DNA of 64,000 bases, from IMG/VR virus record IMGVR_UViG_3300023174_007844, positions 1 to 64,000 of that record; one strand, 5' to 3'. Shown here one piece after another: positions 28,186-38,390 of this stretch (position 1 is its first letter; each line of letters starts with the position of its first letter). The translations under genes were made by a program, and so were the position numbers. Source of the DNA: a virus. The notes beneath the pieces are model-generated. The model did not search any database and was not told the origin of the DNA. It saw only the letters and a list, made by a program, of their open reading frames with translations.

Positions 28186-30720
28186 ATGTTCAATTTAAAA
28201 AAACACGTATCAGCTGCAGATTTATCCACAAAAGTATCTCCAGAAGAAATTCCAGGCAGAACGATCGAAGAAAAAGCTGCCTATATTTCTGAATACCTTG
28301 ATAGAGAAATTGGTGAAAAATTAGCAGCTGGAGAAATCGGTATTGATGCTGCTTACAAGTTATTGGCAGAAACAAAAGTAACAGGCGTACCACAACAATT
28401 TGAGTTTCTTGAAAAATACAGAAGTAATATCACTTCTTTAATTCAATCAGCTTGTACTATCAAAGAGCAATTAGAACAAACAGGATTAGATCCGAATCAA
28501 GTTTCTGAGATTATTATCAAGAAATTATTAGAGCGTGTCAATCAAGTATTTATTCCTGAATTGATTGAATTAAGTAGAACATCAAAAAGAAACTCTCCTG
28601 AAGCCACTGAAATTTTAGGAAGATTGCCAGACTATCAAGATCCTGATCAAATTGCTTCTATCAAAACATGGATATCTAAAGAAATTGAGAAAGAAGTAAA
28701 TGAGATTATTGACGAATACAAAGAAATTAGAAGTCGTGCATTACAGATTCCTAATTTTGATGATAACGATTTGTCAACTATGCTTACTAATCCTCCAGCT
28801 GAAGCATTAAAAGTATTATTCCCTGATAGAAGGAAAACATCAAAAGAACCATTGCCTTCTAAATTTACAGACCCAACAGTTGTCAGAGATGTTGAAGGTA
28901 TTAATGAAGAAATTCAAAAATTAGCTCGTAAAACTAATGTCAAAGGCGATACTGGCTGGACTAAAGTTCTTGCATTATCTGGGAAAATGGGTGAAGAAGA
29001 AATAGCAAGATGGAGCAAATTAATTGATCACCCTATCAAGTTTAATTTGTATGAAATTGTCAAGAATGCAGGTTTATTGTCCGAATTAAGATCTGAAAGT
29101 CCTAAAGTTTTAAGGCAAACTGGTTTTAAAAATCCTGAATTAAGACAACAATTTTATCAAATTTTCTTTCCTCAATTTGATCCTAGCACTGGATTACCTT
29201 TCTTATCAGAATCTGAAATGAGATATATTGATGAGAATTTTCCTGGTCAAAGACCTCAAGATATACCTTTCAATATAGATAGGAGAATGGATGCTATCAA
29301 ACGTTCTCAAATAAAGTTGAAAGATAATTATGCAAAAAATAGACTTTATGAATTTATTCAAGAAGGTTACGATGGTCCAGGGATAGTTAAATTAATTCAA
29401 TCTGATATGCTATCTGTAGATCCAGCAGGTTTGGCAATACAATTTTATTATAGAAGTATATGCAAATACAATATAAGCCAATTTAGGAGCGATTTGAGGG
29501 ATATTGGCTTGACTGAAGTCAGTGAAGCTTTAACATCTCAAAACCATATTCCTGATCCTAATTATAATTTTTTGGGGCTTACTACAAGGTCTACAGAAGA
29601 AGCAAGAATTATAGAAATTTTGAGAAAAGAATTTGGTATTGATGCTATTCCATATCAAGTTTTAGTACCAATTCCCACTGACTGTCCAACGAATGTAAAT
29701 AATTTTGATATTGACTTTATGATTTATGTAGATGTTTTAGAATACATCGATCCAGTCACTTTTCAACCAGTAATCAAGTCAAAAGTTATGTTTGTTGGAG
29801 AATATTTTGGCTACGACAGTGATGACCCCAAAACAATTGTAGATAGAGGAAGACCTTGGGTAGATCCTGATGGCAATGTTTTCACTCCTCCACCACAAAT
29901 TAGTAAAAAAACTGGTGAAGTAATGAAAGAGTATGAGCCTCTTCTTCCTGGTGTTAAAACAAGAGAAGGAAATATATATAAGCTTAAGACATTATGGAAA
30001 AAGAGAACTTATTCTACTCTTGCTCATATTGTTGGCACTGATGCTTTGAGCTTTGAAGAACAAGATTTAAAAGTCCCATTCAATACAATAGCTCAAAAAT
30101 TAGATGAGAAAAATATTATTTATTCTTATTCAGGTTGCAGCAATACAAACAATTTCTGCAAAGCTAAGAAGATGATTGACAATAGTGTTGACTTTGAATT
30201 ACAAGCAAATATTGACAATCCAGATTATCGCAGAATGATGGTAAATGATGACAAGAGAAAATGCATTCGTGCAATTGACTCTGCAATATTACATTACAAA
30301 TTACAAAATGCAGTAAAGCAAGCTAAAAAAGAATTCATTGGTAGAGCTGGATTTGATAGAAAGACTATCAAGGAACATCATGATTATGTTGAAAGCATCA
30401 AGCACAACATAGACAATGCATCTAGAATTATAATAAGTCCTAATTCTACAGCAGAACAAAGGATGTCTGCTCAAAAAATGATAGAAGCAAATCAATCGGA
30501 TATGACAACTTTAGAAAATTCACCATTAAGACCGTTCAAGTCAAGAGTTGATGAAATATTATCTGAAAGACAACATGTTGAAAGATTACAACAATTTGAG
30601 CAACTTAAGAATGCTATAGAAAATGGAACAATATCAACTGACTTAAACGAATTACGAAAATCATTAATGGAAATTGATGAGGGTATTTTTGGATTCGTTA
30701 CAGATCCAGAAAAATTATAA
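28186..30720 (+). CDS. Large protein with MFNLKK-type leader and a central PD-(D/E)xK-like domain
   Basis: STEEARIIEIL...GI...IDF...GEYFG...YKLKTLWK pattern; rest helical. Confidence 0.6.
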   Translation: MFNLKKHVSAADLSTKVSPEEIPGRTIEEKAAYISEYLDREIGEKLAAGEIGIDAAYKLLAETKVTGVPQQFEFLEKYRSNITSLIQSACTIKEQLEQTGLDPNQVSEIIIKKLLERVNQVFIPELIELSRTSKRNSPEATEILGRLPDYQDPDQIASIKTWISKEIEKEVNEIIDEYKEIRSRALQIPNFDDNDLSTMLTNPPAEALKVLFPDRRKTSKEPLPSKFTDPTVVRDVEGINEEIQKLARKTNVKGDTGWTKVLALSGKMGEEEIARWSKLIDHPIKFNLYEIVKNAGLLSELRSESPKVLRQTGFKNPELRQQFYQIFFPQFDPSTGLPFLSESEMRYIDENFPGQRPQDIPFNIDRRMDAIKRSQIKLKDNYAKNRLYEFIQEGYDGPGIVKLIQSDMLSVDPAGLAIQFYYRSICKYNISQFRSDLRDIGLTEVSEALTSQNHIPDPNYNFLGLTTRSTEEARIIEILRKEFGIDAIPYQVLVPIPTDCPTNVNNFDIDFMIYVDVLEYIDPVTFQPVIKSKVMFVGEYFGYDSDDPKTIVDRGRPWVDPDGNVFTPPPQISKKTGEVMKEYEPLLPGVKTREGNIYKLKTLWKKRTYSTLAHIVGTDALSFEEQDLKVPFNTIAQKLDEKNIIYSYSGCSNTNNFCKAKKMIDNSVDFELQANIDNPDYRRMMVNDDKRKCIRAIDSAILHYKLQNAVKQAKKEFIGRAGFDRKTIKEHHDYVESIKHNIDNASRIIISPNSTAEQRMSAQKMIEANQSDMTTLENSPLRPFKSRVDEILSERQHVERLQQFEQLKNAIENGTISTDLNELRKSLMEIDEGIFGFVTDPEKL

Positions 30721-30721
30721 T

Positions 30722-31588
30722 ATGGCAATTTATACATCCAACCACTTAGGTAAATGGCACTGGCTCAGATACAATTCAAATATTCTTTTAATTGAAGAAT
30801 TTACATCTGAAATTGCTAGAGCAGTGTCACATAAAAACTTAATACAAGGTTCGGCTGGTGTTCATGTTCTTTCAGTTAATGGAATCACTGAGACATGTAC
30901 TTTGTCATCAGATGTTTTGTTACAATTGCCTCAAGGTCAGAATTTTGTAAATGGAAAAACACCTAAAATTGTTATTCCGCCTTATAATCCAGCGTACAAA
31001 GATATATTTGATTTAATCATTACAGATTTTGCAATTGTAAAAGCAAATCTCGACAGACAATCTTATATGTCTCAAAGAAATTTACTTACTTCAGCTTCAA
31101 TTTCAATAGGGAGCAATATTCGCTGTACCTTAAATTACAATTGTCTTTTTGATAAAATGTTTGATGAAATCAAATTTGTTGATGCATATTCAAAAGCTAA
31201 TGATTTTTTGGCTAGAACAGCAAAAAATTATGATTGTAGATTTTTTGCTACTGCTGGGTTTGACGAAACTTACAAAGTTTTATCTGGCAATATTAATATA
31301 AATGTATCATATCAAAAAGTTTATTTACTTAATTTAGAATCAGAGTATCCCTTATATTCACCTCAAGGGTATGAAGTTACAGGTTCTATAGTAATTCCAG
31401 CAAAAAATTGGTATACATTGAGGGATATGTATAAGTCTCAAGTTGTAAAATTAACTAACATATCCATAGTAATTGGCAATAGATACTTAAGATTAGGTCA
31501 AGTTATTGTTGAGGATAGTGTCAAATTGTCTATGGGAGACAACATGATGACAGCAGAAATTACATTCAAGGGATTTGCAAGACTATAA
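30722..31588 (+). CDS. Tail-tube-fold-like structural protein (paralog 1)
   Basis: Beta-rich; clear paralog of the next ORF; GYEVTGSIVI. Confidence 0.5.
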   Translation: MAIYTSNHLGKWHWLRYNSNILLIEEFTSEIARAVSHKNLIQGSAGVHVLSVNGITETCTLSSDVLLQLPQGQNFVNGKTPKIVIPPYNPAYKDIFDLIITDFAIVKANLDRQSYMSQRNLLTSASISIGSNIRCTLNYNCLFDKMFDEIKFVDAYSKANDFLARTAKNYDCRFFATAGFDETYKVLSGNININVSYQKVYLLNLESEYPLYSPQGYEVTGSIVIPAKNWYTLRDMYKSQVVKLTNISIVIGNRYLRLGQVIVEDSVKLSMGDNMMTAEITFKGFARL

Positions 31589-32526
31589 TGCCTATACTAT
31601 CGCCAGAGTTGATTTCAACTTATTATGCTGTGTCATTACTCAATAAGACTTACATTCTTGATTCTTGGAATGAAAATGTTCAACAAGATGTGAGCGATAA
31701 ATCTTTTATTCAAGGTGATATTGCTAATAGAATTATAGAAGTTAATAACCCTCTTCATCAAGCCACTATATCTGGTCCTATTTTATTATTAAAAGATTTA
31801 GATACAGAGCTTCAGGGAGATACAACATCATTCGTTAATGTAAATAGTTTTAATTACAACAAACCTCCAACAGGTATATATGATATTTTCGATTTATTGA
31901 TTGAAAATCTAAATGCAGTTTCTAAACCAATAAATGAAGTCACTGATTTGCCTTTCTTTATTGACAATGGATCAATGAACATAAACTTTTCAGATGTAAA
32001 TACCACATTGACTCTGACCAGTATATATCCACAAGGTTTTGAAAGAAATAGTAATTTTCAATTTACAAAATCTTCCGCAATTAAGACATTTGAAGAAAAG
32101 AGAATTTTAGGCAGAACAGTAAAATTTTGGGATTTGAGATTTAGAATTTTTGGAGATTTTTATTCTCTTACACAAGCTAATATAAATGTTAGAGTTGTAA
32201 GTGATAGAAAAACTCATGTAGGCAATAATTACTGGAATGGAAATGTTCATCCAGACTACATTATTAATGGCTACTCTATCACTGGTGATGCTACAATTTC
32301 TATTTTGCCTGAACAATTTGAAAACTTTAGATTATATCAAGCTCCTGGAAGTTTTAATGTATTTCAAAACTCTATTGGTTTCGGATTAATTGATAGATAC
32401 AGAGGCCATAGATTTATAGATTTTGGAAACTACTTAATTTTGCCCAGAATTGAATTGGACATGAGAACAGGGCAACTTATAACTGCAAGAATTAGTTTCA
32501 ATACATTTGTAAGAAGATCTGTCTAG
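31588..32526 (+). CDS. Tail-tube-fold-like structural protein (paralog 2)
   Basis: Shares IQG, DIFDLxI, RTxKxxDxRF, GYxxTG and C-terminal IxFxxFxR with the previous ORF. Confidence 0.5.
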   Translation: MPILSPELISTYYAVSLLNKTYILDSWNENVQQDVSDKSFIQGDIANRIIEVNNPLHQATISGPILLLKDLDTELQGDTTSFVNVNSFNYNKPPTGIYDIFDLLIENLNAVSKPINEVTDLPFFIDNGSMNINFSDVNTTLTLTSIYPQGFERNSNFQFTKSSAIKTFEEKRILGRTVKFWDLRFRIFGDFYSLTQANINVRVVSDRKTHVGNNYWNGNVHPDYIINGYSITGDATISILPEQFENFRLYQAPGSFNVFQNSIGFGLIDRYRGHRFIDFGNYLILPRIELDMRTGQLITARISFNTFVRRSV

Positions 32527-32545
32527 CAACCTGTACAAATTTGGT

Positions 32546-33088
32546 ATGCAAGATTTTTTAAAATTTCATCTTTTCTGTGAAGATGAAAAAAAATATGAAG
32601 AATTACCAGATAATACCCTAATTCTATCATTTACCATTCCTGGCAGACCATCAACCAAGAAAACTTCACAAAGGGTGGTTAGAAGAGGCAAATACACTAA
32701 GATTTTGCCATCTGCTCTTTACGAACGATATGAATTACATTGCAAAGAATATTGTGAATATTTCTGGCAAAGATTTAAACTAAACCCCATTGATTTTGGC
32801 ATTGGAATAAAACTCAATGTTTATTTAGATTCTTGGATTGTTGGTGATGAATGCGGATATCAACAAGCTCACGGTGACATTATTCAAAAGCATGGAATTA
32901 TTGCTGATGATATGTGGATTCATTGGATGGACAAAGATTCACATATGATTAATTATGATAAGGAAAATCCTAGAGTGGAAGTGGAAATTTACAGATATAG
33001 ACATCCAAAAGAACAATTTAGAAATGAAAAATTAGAAAAGGAAGCAATAAAAGAAGCAAAGAAGAAGAATAAAACAACCAAGGAATAG
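32546..33088 (+). CDS. RusA-like Holliday junction resolvase
   Basis: IPGRPSTKK, GD......GDIIQKHGIIADD, DKENPRVEVEI. Confidence 0.75.
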   Translation: MQDFLKFHLFCEDEKKYEELPDNTLILSFTIPGRPSTKKTSQRVVRRGKYTKILPSALYERYELHCKEYCEYFWQRFKLNPIDFGIGIKLNVYLDSWIVGDECGYQQAHGDIIQKHGIIADDMWIHWMDKDSHMINYDKENPRVEVEIYRYRHPKEQFRNEKLEKEAIKEAKKKNKTTKE

Positions 33089-33091
33089 TGT

Positions 33092-33373
33092 ATGAGCAAT
33101 ATTATAATTGTGGATTTCAGGGACAATGAAGACTTTGAAAATCATCCTTATATATCATATTTGAAACAAACTTTAAATATGATTTCTTATCTTGAAGAAG
33201 CTGCTGAATTGTGGAAGTTGAATGATTTCTTTGTGGAATGTGTTTCAGATTACTTACAAATAAAAAGAGAAAGAGTATTTATTACTAGATTATGGGATAT
33301 TCCAATTGATTTATCTTCTAATAGGGTGGGAATTATTACCAGTCAATCTTTCTTTCCAATAATTAAGACATAA
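33092..33373 (+). CDS. Hypothetical protein
   Basis: 93 aa followed by a terminator. Confidence 0.6.
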   Translation: MSNIIIVDFRDNEDFENHPYISYLKQTLNMISYLEEAAELWKLNDFFVECVSDYLQIKRERVFITRLWDIPIDLSSNRVGIITSQSFFPIIKT

Positions 33374-33401
33374 AAAAAGCAGGCTATACAGCCTGCTTTT
33401 T
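33372..33401. terminator. Bidirectional terminator
   Basis: AAAAAAGCAGGCT-atac-AGCCTGCTTTTT. Confidence 0.85.
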
Positions 33402-33416
33402 AGTTGGTTGAGATGA

Positions 33417-33746
33417 TTAGGAATTAGCTACGATGTAATGTGGCTCTGTGTCTGTGATTGTAAACTCACCAGAAACACCAAGAGGCTCAACAATTTCCTT
33501 CATACGCTCTTGAAGCGCAGAAGTGTTCTCATTAAGAGCTTCATTGATAGCATTCAATTGCTGTTGTGCTTGCTGAAGCTGAGCTGCATACTGTTGTGCG
33601 ACATTGACAAACTCAAGAACATCTGACTTTTGTGCCTTAAGTTCGAGCAATGACTGGCGCATAGATACTAACTCAAGATACTCATCGTGGGAGATAGCTG
33701 GCTGCTCCTCACTAACAACTGCTGAAACGTCTGTAGACTCGTCCAT
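33417..33746 (-). CDS. Coiled-coil hypothetical protein
   Basis: Q/E-rich heptads; SD AAGGA. Confidence 0.7.
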   Translation of the reverse strand: MDESTDVSAVVSEEQPAISHDEYLELVSMRQSLLELKAQKSDVLEFVNVAQQYAAQLQQAQQQLNAINEALNENTSALQERMKEIVEPLGVSGEFTITDTEPHYIVANS

Positions 33747-33871
33747 TTGATATATATCCTTTTGATCCCTTGATCTGTATTATGATACCCAATAAATTGT
33801 ATTTGTCAACCCTTGATATCTGAAAGTTAACAAGGTATCATCCAGATATCTTTATACAATAAAGGCAAGAA

Positions 33872-34561
33872 ATGAAAACAATTTTTTTAAGCCCATCAGA
33901 TCTAGCATTTTTACTAGATGATAGTCCTTGGGGATTTTATCAGAAGTATAATCTAGGCATCAAGCGGCCTCCAGTAATTATTCCACGTATCTTTACAGTA
34001 ATAGATGTTCTTACTAAAGTTTGCTGTGAAGACAAGAATATGAAGGAATTAAATTCATCTTTTCCTGATGCAATTCTCACTGGAGCAGATCAATGGGTGA
34101 AAAGTAAGCCTATCGTAAATCCAGATTTTCCTGATGTCGAAATAATCCTTCGTGGAAAAATTGATGGTGTATTAAAATTTGCTGATGGATCTCATTCTGT
34201 CATCGATTTTAAAACTTGTGAAATTCAAGAAAAAACTTTGCAGAAATATGTCCGTCAATTATCTTGCTACAGTTATGCTATGGCAAATCCAAATTCTGCA
34301 TCAGACTATTCTGTCAAAATTAATGACAAAATTGGTTTATTTGTATATGAACCAAATAAGTTTTCCATTGCTGAAGATGGATCTGCCAATTTGGGTGGAA
34401 AGCTTAAATACATTGAATACGATCTTGATTTAGATGCGTTTGCAGAATTTATCAAGAAAGAAGTGATTCCTCTAATTGCTGGCAAAGAACCACCGCCAAC
34501 AGATGATGATCCTTGTTGGGTGTATATAAAACAATTTGGATTTGAATACGAGGAAGATTAA
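33872..34561 (+). CDS. PD-(D/E)xK RecB-like exonuclease
   Basis: LSPS, LRGKIDG, VIDFKT, QLSCY. Confidence 0.85.
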   Translation: MKTIFLSPSDLAFLLDDSPWGFYQKYNLGIKRPPVIIPRIFTVIDVLTKVCCEDKNMKELNSSFPDAILTGADQWVKSKPIVNPDFPDVEIILRGKIDGVLKFADGSHSVIDFKTCEIQEKTLQKYVRQLSCYSYAMANPNSASDYSVKINDKIGLFVYEPNKFSIAEDGSANLGGKLKYIEYDLDLDAFAEFIKKEVIPLIAGKEPPPTDDDPCWVYIKQFGFEYEED

Positions 34562-34577
34562 AAACTGTATCAGAATA
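34550..34577 (+). promoter_or_regulatory. Putative phage late promoter (GAGG-N18-AGAATA)
   Basis: Fixed spacing; the AGAATA box lies in the left arm of a perfect inverted repeat (34569-34606). Confidence 0.55.
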
Positions 34578-34616
34578 CTAAACAATAATAAGTTTAGTAT
34601 TCTGATTTTTTTAACT

Positions 34617-35567
34617 ATGAGAAAAAACATATCTACCTATAATCACAAGAAATTTGCTCAGTCTTCTAGTAATACAAAAGCAACGTTAGCTAGATTAACT
34701 AATCCAGACTACATCAAGTCATTGTTGTTGCAACCAAATCTTGGTGACACATTTGCATATTTGTCATTTAGATATGTATTTAGTGACAATGAATTAAATA
34801 TCAAAGATAAAACAGAATTTGATAAAAAAATTTACACCAAAGATAATGTTGATAAATACATAAGATTTCTTGATGTTTTAAATAAAAAAATAAGATTCAC
34901 CGGAAGAGACAAAACAAGATTTGACAAAGGTATAGCTGCAGCTAAAGAACTTATAAACACAAAACTTAAGCAAGTAACTAATACAACTCCATCACAACCA
35001 CAACAACAAGGCGGATCTACAGTTGTTCCTGCAGGTTATGCAGCTCAACAAGTGCAAATAACACCTGAACAAGCCAATAAGCATTTAGGTGTCGTAATTC
35101 CTACATTAATAACACTTTCAAAAGATAAAGAAAAAATAAGAGCATTTATATCAAGATATTCAATTGAAATTGACGATATTTTGTATGCAATGAATATTTT
35201 GAGAACAGATGCTAAGTATTATGGACAATATAATTCATATAACAAAGATTTATCTGAATTGTCTAAAATTTATTATGATTCTATGTTCCCTGCAGGATGG
35301 TCAGTTGCTGGAAATTCTGTTTTTGTTCATGATGATAGAACCGTGGCCAATGAAATTTTGAAATTAATTCCAGAAGCAAAAACTAAGGGTGATGCTTTTA
35401 CTAAAGCAAATGAAAAAATTAAAATTTTCCAAAATGAATTTCTCGATAAAAACCCCGGAAACACTGATATAGCGGAAATTGCCAATAAAATAAATAAAGA
35501 AATAGACAAATTTAATGGCGACAAAGTAAATGCAGAAAAGATGGGGCGACTTACAAGACTAAAATAA
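34617..35567 (+). CDS. Leader-bearing protein (YNHKKFAQ), putative virion cargo
   Basis: ATG 34617 preferred; N-terminal MRKNISTYNHKKFAQ. Confidence 0.7.
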   Translation: MRKNISTYNHKKFAQSSSNTKATLARLTNPDYIKSLLLQPNLGDTFAYLSFRYVFSDNELNIKDKTEFDKKIYTKDNVDKYIRFLDVLNKKIRFTGRDKTRFDKGIAAAKELINTKLKQVTNTTPSQPQQQGGSTVVPAGYAAQQVQITPEQANKHLGVVIPTLITLSKDKEKIRAFISRYSIEIDDILYAMNILRTDAKYYGQYNSYNKDLSELSKIYYDSMFPAGWSVAGNSVFVHDDRTVANEILKLIPEAKTKGDAFTKANEKIKIFQNEFLDKNPGNTDIAEIANKINKEIDKFNGDKVNAEKMGRLTRLK

Positions 35568-35594
35568 AGGGCAATTTTTAATAATTGTTAAAAT
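35567..35594 (+). promoter_or_regulatory. Putative phage late promoter (AAGG-N18-TAAAAT), ATG 8 nt downstream
   Basis: Fixed spacing; leaderless geometry. Confidence 0.55.
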
Positions 35595-35602
35595 AGAAAA
35601 TT

Positions 35603-36499
35603 ATGTTTACAAAAGAATTTATTAAAATTAGTAAAGTGCTTGATGAATATGGTTTACATAGACAAGCTGATAATTTATTGAAAATTGCCCAACTTGCTAC
35701 TGATCCAAAAAAATTTTATGGACCTACACAAACAGATACAGTAAAGATTAATCCTGATGATTTTGTTAATTATAAAAGTTTAGTATCAACAAAAACAGAT
35801 CTTCAAAATAAAATAAATAGCTTAAAAAAGGGTGATAATACAGATAAAAATGTAGCTCTCAGTTTAGCAACCGAATTAACAAATTCATATAAAAATAATA
35901 AAATAGATTATTCTTCATACAAAAAACTAATTCAAGACTTAAATTCAAAAGCAAAAGCAAATGATTACAAAATACAAGATGCAGTTGCTATTGGCCCAAT
36001 TAATCCACGAGCTTATCCTGATCCAAGCACAATAAATGAAACAGCTTCGCAAGGTCGTGGTAGAACTCAAAATCCTGACGGATCTTTCACTGATCAGAAT
36101 ATACCTATCCAGCTTGCTTCACCTTTTGAAGGAGTAACAGGCAAAGGAGAAACAGCTTTTCCAAATAGAGAGTACAGAAACTTACCTGAATTACAAAAAG
36201 ATTGGAATGATTATTTTACAAAGCCTGAATTCAAAAATTCAATACAACAAAGAATTGATGAGATACAAGCAAATGATATAAAGAATAATACAAAAACTGA
36301 CACAAGCAAATTAAAAGCGTTGTTAGATAAATCAAATTCTCCAGATGGATTGCAAGTGGGTGATTTTGGAAATGCTGAAGAAACAACCGTGTGTGATAGT
36401 ACAGGGAAGTGTGAAAAAGTGAAATATGCGCCAAATAATACATTGCCTACACAAATTTATGGCACAGAATCTAATCCAACTTTTAAGCCTAACAGATAA
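35603..36499 (+). CDS. Leader-bearing protein (LDEYGLHRQAD...KIAQ), putative virion cargo
   Basis: Long-class leader followed by an unrelated body. Confidence 0.75.
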   Translation: MFTKEFIKISKVLDEYGLHRQADNLLKIAQLATDPKKFYGPTQTDTVKINPDDFVNYKSLVSTKTDLQNKINSLKKGDNTDKNVALSLATELTNSYKNNKIDYSSYKKLIQDLNSKAKANDYKIQDAVAIGPINPRAYPDPSTINETASQGRGRTQNPDGSFTDQNIPIQLASPFEGVTGKGETAFPNREYRNLPELQKDWNDYFTKPEFKNSIQQRIDEIQANDIKNNTKTDTSKLKALLDKSNSPDGLQVGDFGNAEETTVCDSTGKCEKVKYAPNNTLPTQIYGTESNPTFKPNR

Positions 36500-36503
36500 T
36501 AAA

Positions 36504-36695
36504 ATGCCAAAACCATTACATGATTTAGTAGATAAATTATTAGATAATCCTGATTTTTATCCAGAAAAATCTAAAGATGATAGAGAATCTACAGCTTGGG
36601 CAATTGCATATTCAGATTATAATAAAAATAAGAAAAGAAAAAAGAAATCATTTAATTTAAAAGAATATCGTACAGCACAAAAACCAGATCAATAG
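36504..36695 (+). CDS. Small ChaB-like basic protein
   Basis: ATG 36504; MPKPL...RESTAWAIAYSDY resembles ChaB; C-terminal SFNLKEYRTAQ. Confidence 0.55.
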   Translation: MPKPLHDLVDKLLDNPDFYPEKSKDDRESTAWAIAYSDYNKNKKRKKKSFNLKEYRTAQKPDQ

Positions 36696-36707
36696 ATCTG
36701 GTTTTTT
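36679..36707 (+). terminator. Intrinsic terminator
   Basis: AAAAACCAGATC-aata-GATCTGGTTTTTT. Confidence 0.8.
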
Positions 36708-36722
36708 ATTTATAATAGTTTT

Positions 36723-37430
36723 ATGACAAAACTATCGCTTATTATGCTTACAAACACTGTAAATAGTGATATTTACAGGATGACACAAAATGCATTAGAT
36801 TCTCTTCATAATTCCATTGGATCTGAGAATTTTAATGTAGTGTTGGTGGAATCAAACAAAGATAGAGAATGGGATTATCGTCATGTAAACTTTTATCTTA
36901 AACCGCCAATTGATTTTAATTACAATACATACTTAAATATAGCAATTGAAAACTGTGATTCTGAATATATTGGGATTGTAAATAATGATGTAAATTTCCA
37001 TAAAGATTGGTGGGTCAAAATGGAAGCAGCTATGATTAAGCATGAACTTGACACAGCTTCTCCTAGATCACCCACTGAACAAAATGGAATTGTTCCAAGA
37101 GCTGAGATTAAACACAGATTTACTCCTGAAACTATGGTGAGAGTGGGATTTGAACTTATCATTAATTTTTGTGGATGGTGTTGGATTATGAAGAAAGAAG
37201 TGAAGGATTGGCTCTTTCCCTTAGATGAACAATTTGCTTTCTTTTTCCAAGACAACGATATTATTATGAGATTACAAGAAAAAGGCTGCAAACATGGAAT
37301 GGTTGCAGCTTCAAAGGTAGATCATTATGGGCAAAAATCTCATGGAACATTCAAGGATCAAGAAGAATACATGAAAAATACATTTGCTTTAGAAAAGAAT
37401 TTTATAGAAAAATGGAGGCATCGAATGTGA
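36723..37430 (+). CDS. Glycosyltransferase family 2-like
   Basis: VVLVES, FNYNTYLN, VNNDV (DxD-like), LDEQF...QDND, VDH. Confidence 0.8.
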   Translation: MTKLSLIMLTNTVNSDIYRMTQNALDSLHNSIGSENFNVVLVESNKDREWDYRHVNFYLKPPIDFNYNTYLNIAIENCDSEYIGIVNNDVNFHKDWWVKMEAAMIKHELDTASPRSPTEQNGIVPRAEIKHRFTPETMVRVGFELIINFCGWCWIMKKEVKDWLFPLDEQFAFFFQDNDIIMRLQEKGCKHGMVAASKVDHYGQKSHGTFKDQEEYMKNTFALEKNFIEKWRHRM

Positions 37431-37445
37431 TGCCTCCATTTAGTT

Positions 37446-38363
37446 TTACTTATTGAGTAATGACAATTCTTTCATTACGTGTTCAGCAAGTGCTTTTGTG
37501 GTGTTGTATGTCTTCATATGATTCATTACTTCGGATTGGAAATATTCATAATTCTGATCAAGCCACTTTGGATCATTCTTGTCAAAGAAAGCAATCTTAG
37601 TCAATAATGCCTTTGGAAAACGCATCATAGAATATCTTGGACAATTCATGATATCTGGGAACAAAGGAATACATCCATTTCCCATAATTTCATAATGTCT
37701 CAAACAATCCCATCCAGCTTTAGGCATAGTGAAAGCATACTTGGAGAACATGTAATCCTGATAATAATCTGCTTCATTATTGAAAACATAAGTCTTCTTA
37801 TCGCGAGGATCACTGTGAGCAATACGACGTTCTTTCTTTTGACCAGCATTTACTTTGTTAGTTGGAAAAGCAAAGCTAATTGGTAGAACGTGTTGCATAT
37901 ATTCTTGAAGATGAACTTGCTTTTGGTCAGGATATAATTCACGCTTAAAGTAAACTACACCATCCTTGACTCTTTCTTCAAGGAACAAGTTAGTATCTTC
38001 GCCATCAACAAAAACAATTTTCTTCTTGTCATAATTTTCAAGTACAAGTTGAAGATGTTCTTGACAACGCCAGATACTTCCATAAACTACATAATCAAAA
38101 TACTTGTTACGAATCTTCTTAGTAATGTCTTCACGATCAGCATTGTCAGAAGTGATGTTTCGGCAAATTGTAAAACCACGACCATATTCAGTGGCCAATT
38201 GTTCATCAGAATAGTCTGAATAAAGATGAAATCTCTTATTACAATCAACTACATCATCGCCAAAAAGCTCCTTGAGTCCAAGAAGCAAACAGTCATCTTG
38301 ATAATCAGTTAGCCAAGGAAATTGCTCTGATCTTTGGTTTCCAGAAATATATAGAATCTTCAT
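37446..38363 (-). CDS. Glycosyltransferase-like protein (GT-B/exostosin-like C-terminus)
   Basis: VDGED, YFKREL, SKYAFTMPKAGWDCLRHYEIMGNGCIP. Confidence 0.65.
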   Translation of the reverse strand: MKILYISGNQRSEQFPWLTDYQDDCLLLGLKELFGDDVVDCNKRFHLYSDYSDEQLATEYGRGFTICRNITSDNADREDITKKIRNKYFDYVVYGSIWRCQEHLQLVLENYDKKKIVFVDGEDTNLFLEERVKDGVVYFKRELYPDQKQVHLQEYMQHVLPISFAFPTNKVNAGQKKERRIAHSDPRDKKTYVFNNEADYYQDYMFSKYAFTMPKAGWDCLRHYEIMGNGCIPLFPDIMNCPRYSMMRFPKALLTKIAFFDKNDPKWLDQNYEYFQSEVMNHMKTYNTTKALAEHVMKELSLLNK

Positions 38364-38390
38364 ATAAGTATTGTACACTCCGAAGCAAAA

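Noticed and set aside
33872-34561. Cas4 / CRISPR adaptation gene
   Set aside because: Has the RecB-like core but not the four-cysteine Fe-S pattern, and there is no cas context
34536-34616. Longer N-termini given by the ORF track for 34536, 40344, 63388, 36426, 61486, 57989, 38378
   Set aside because: The extensions run through terminators, promoters or neighbouring genes; downstream ATGs fit the promoter spacing, and for 34617, 40281 and 63454 they expose the shared leaders
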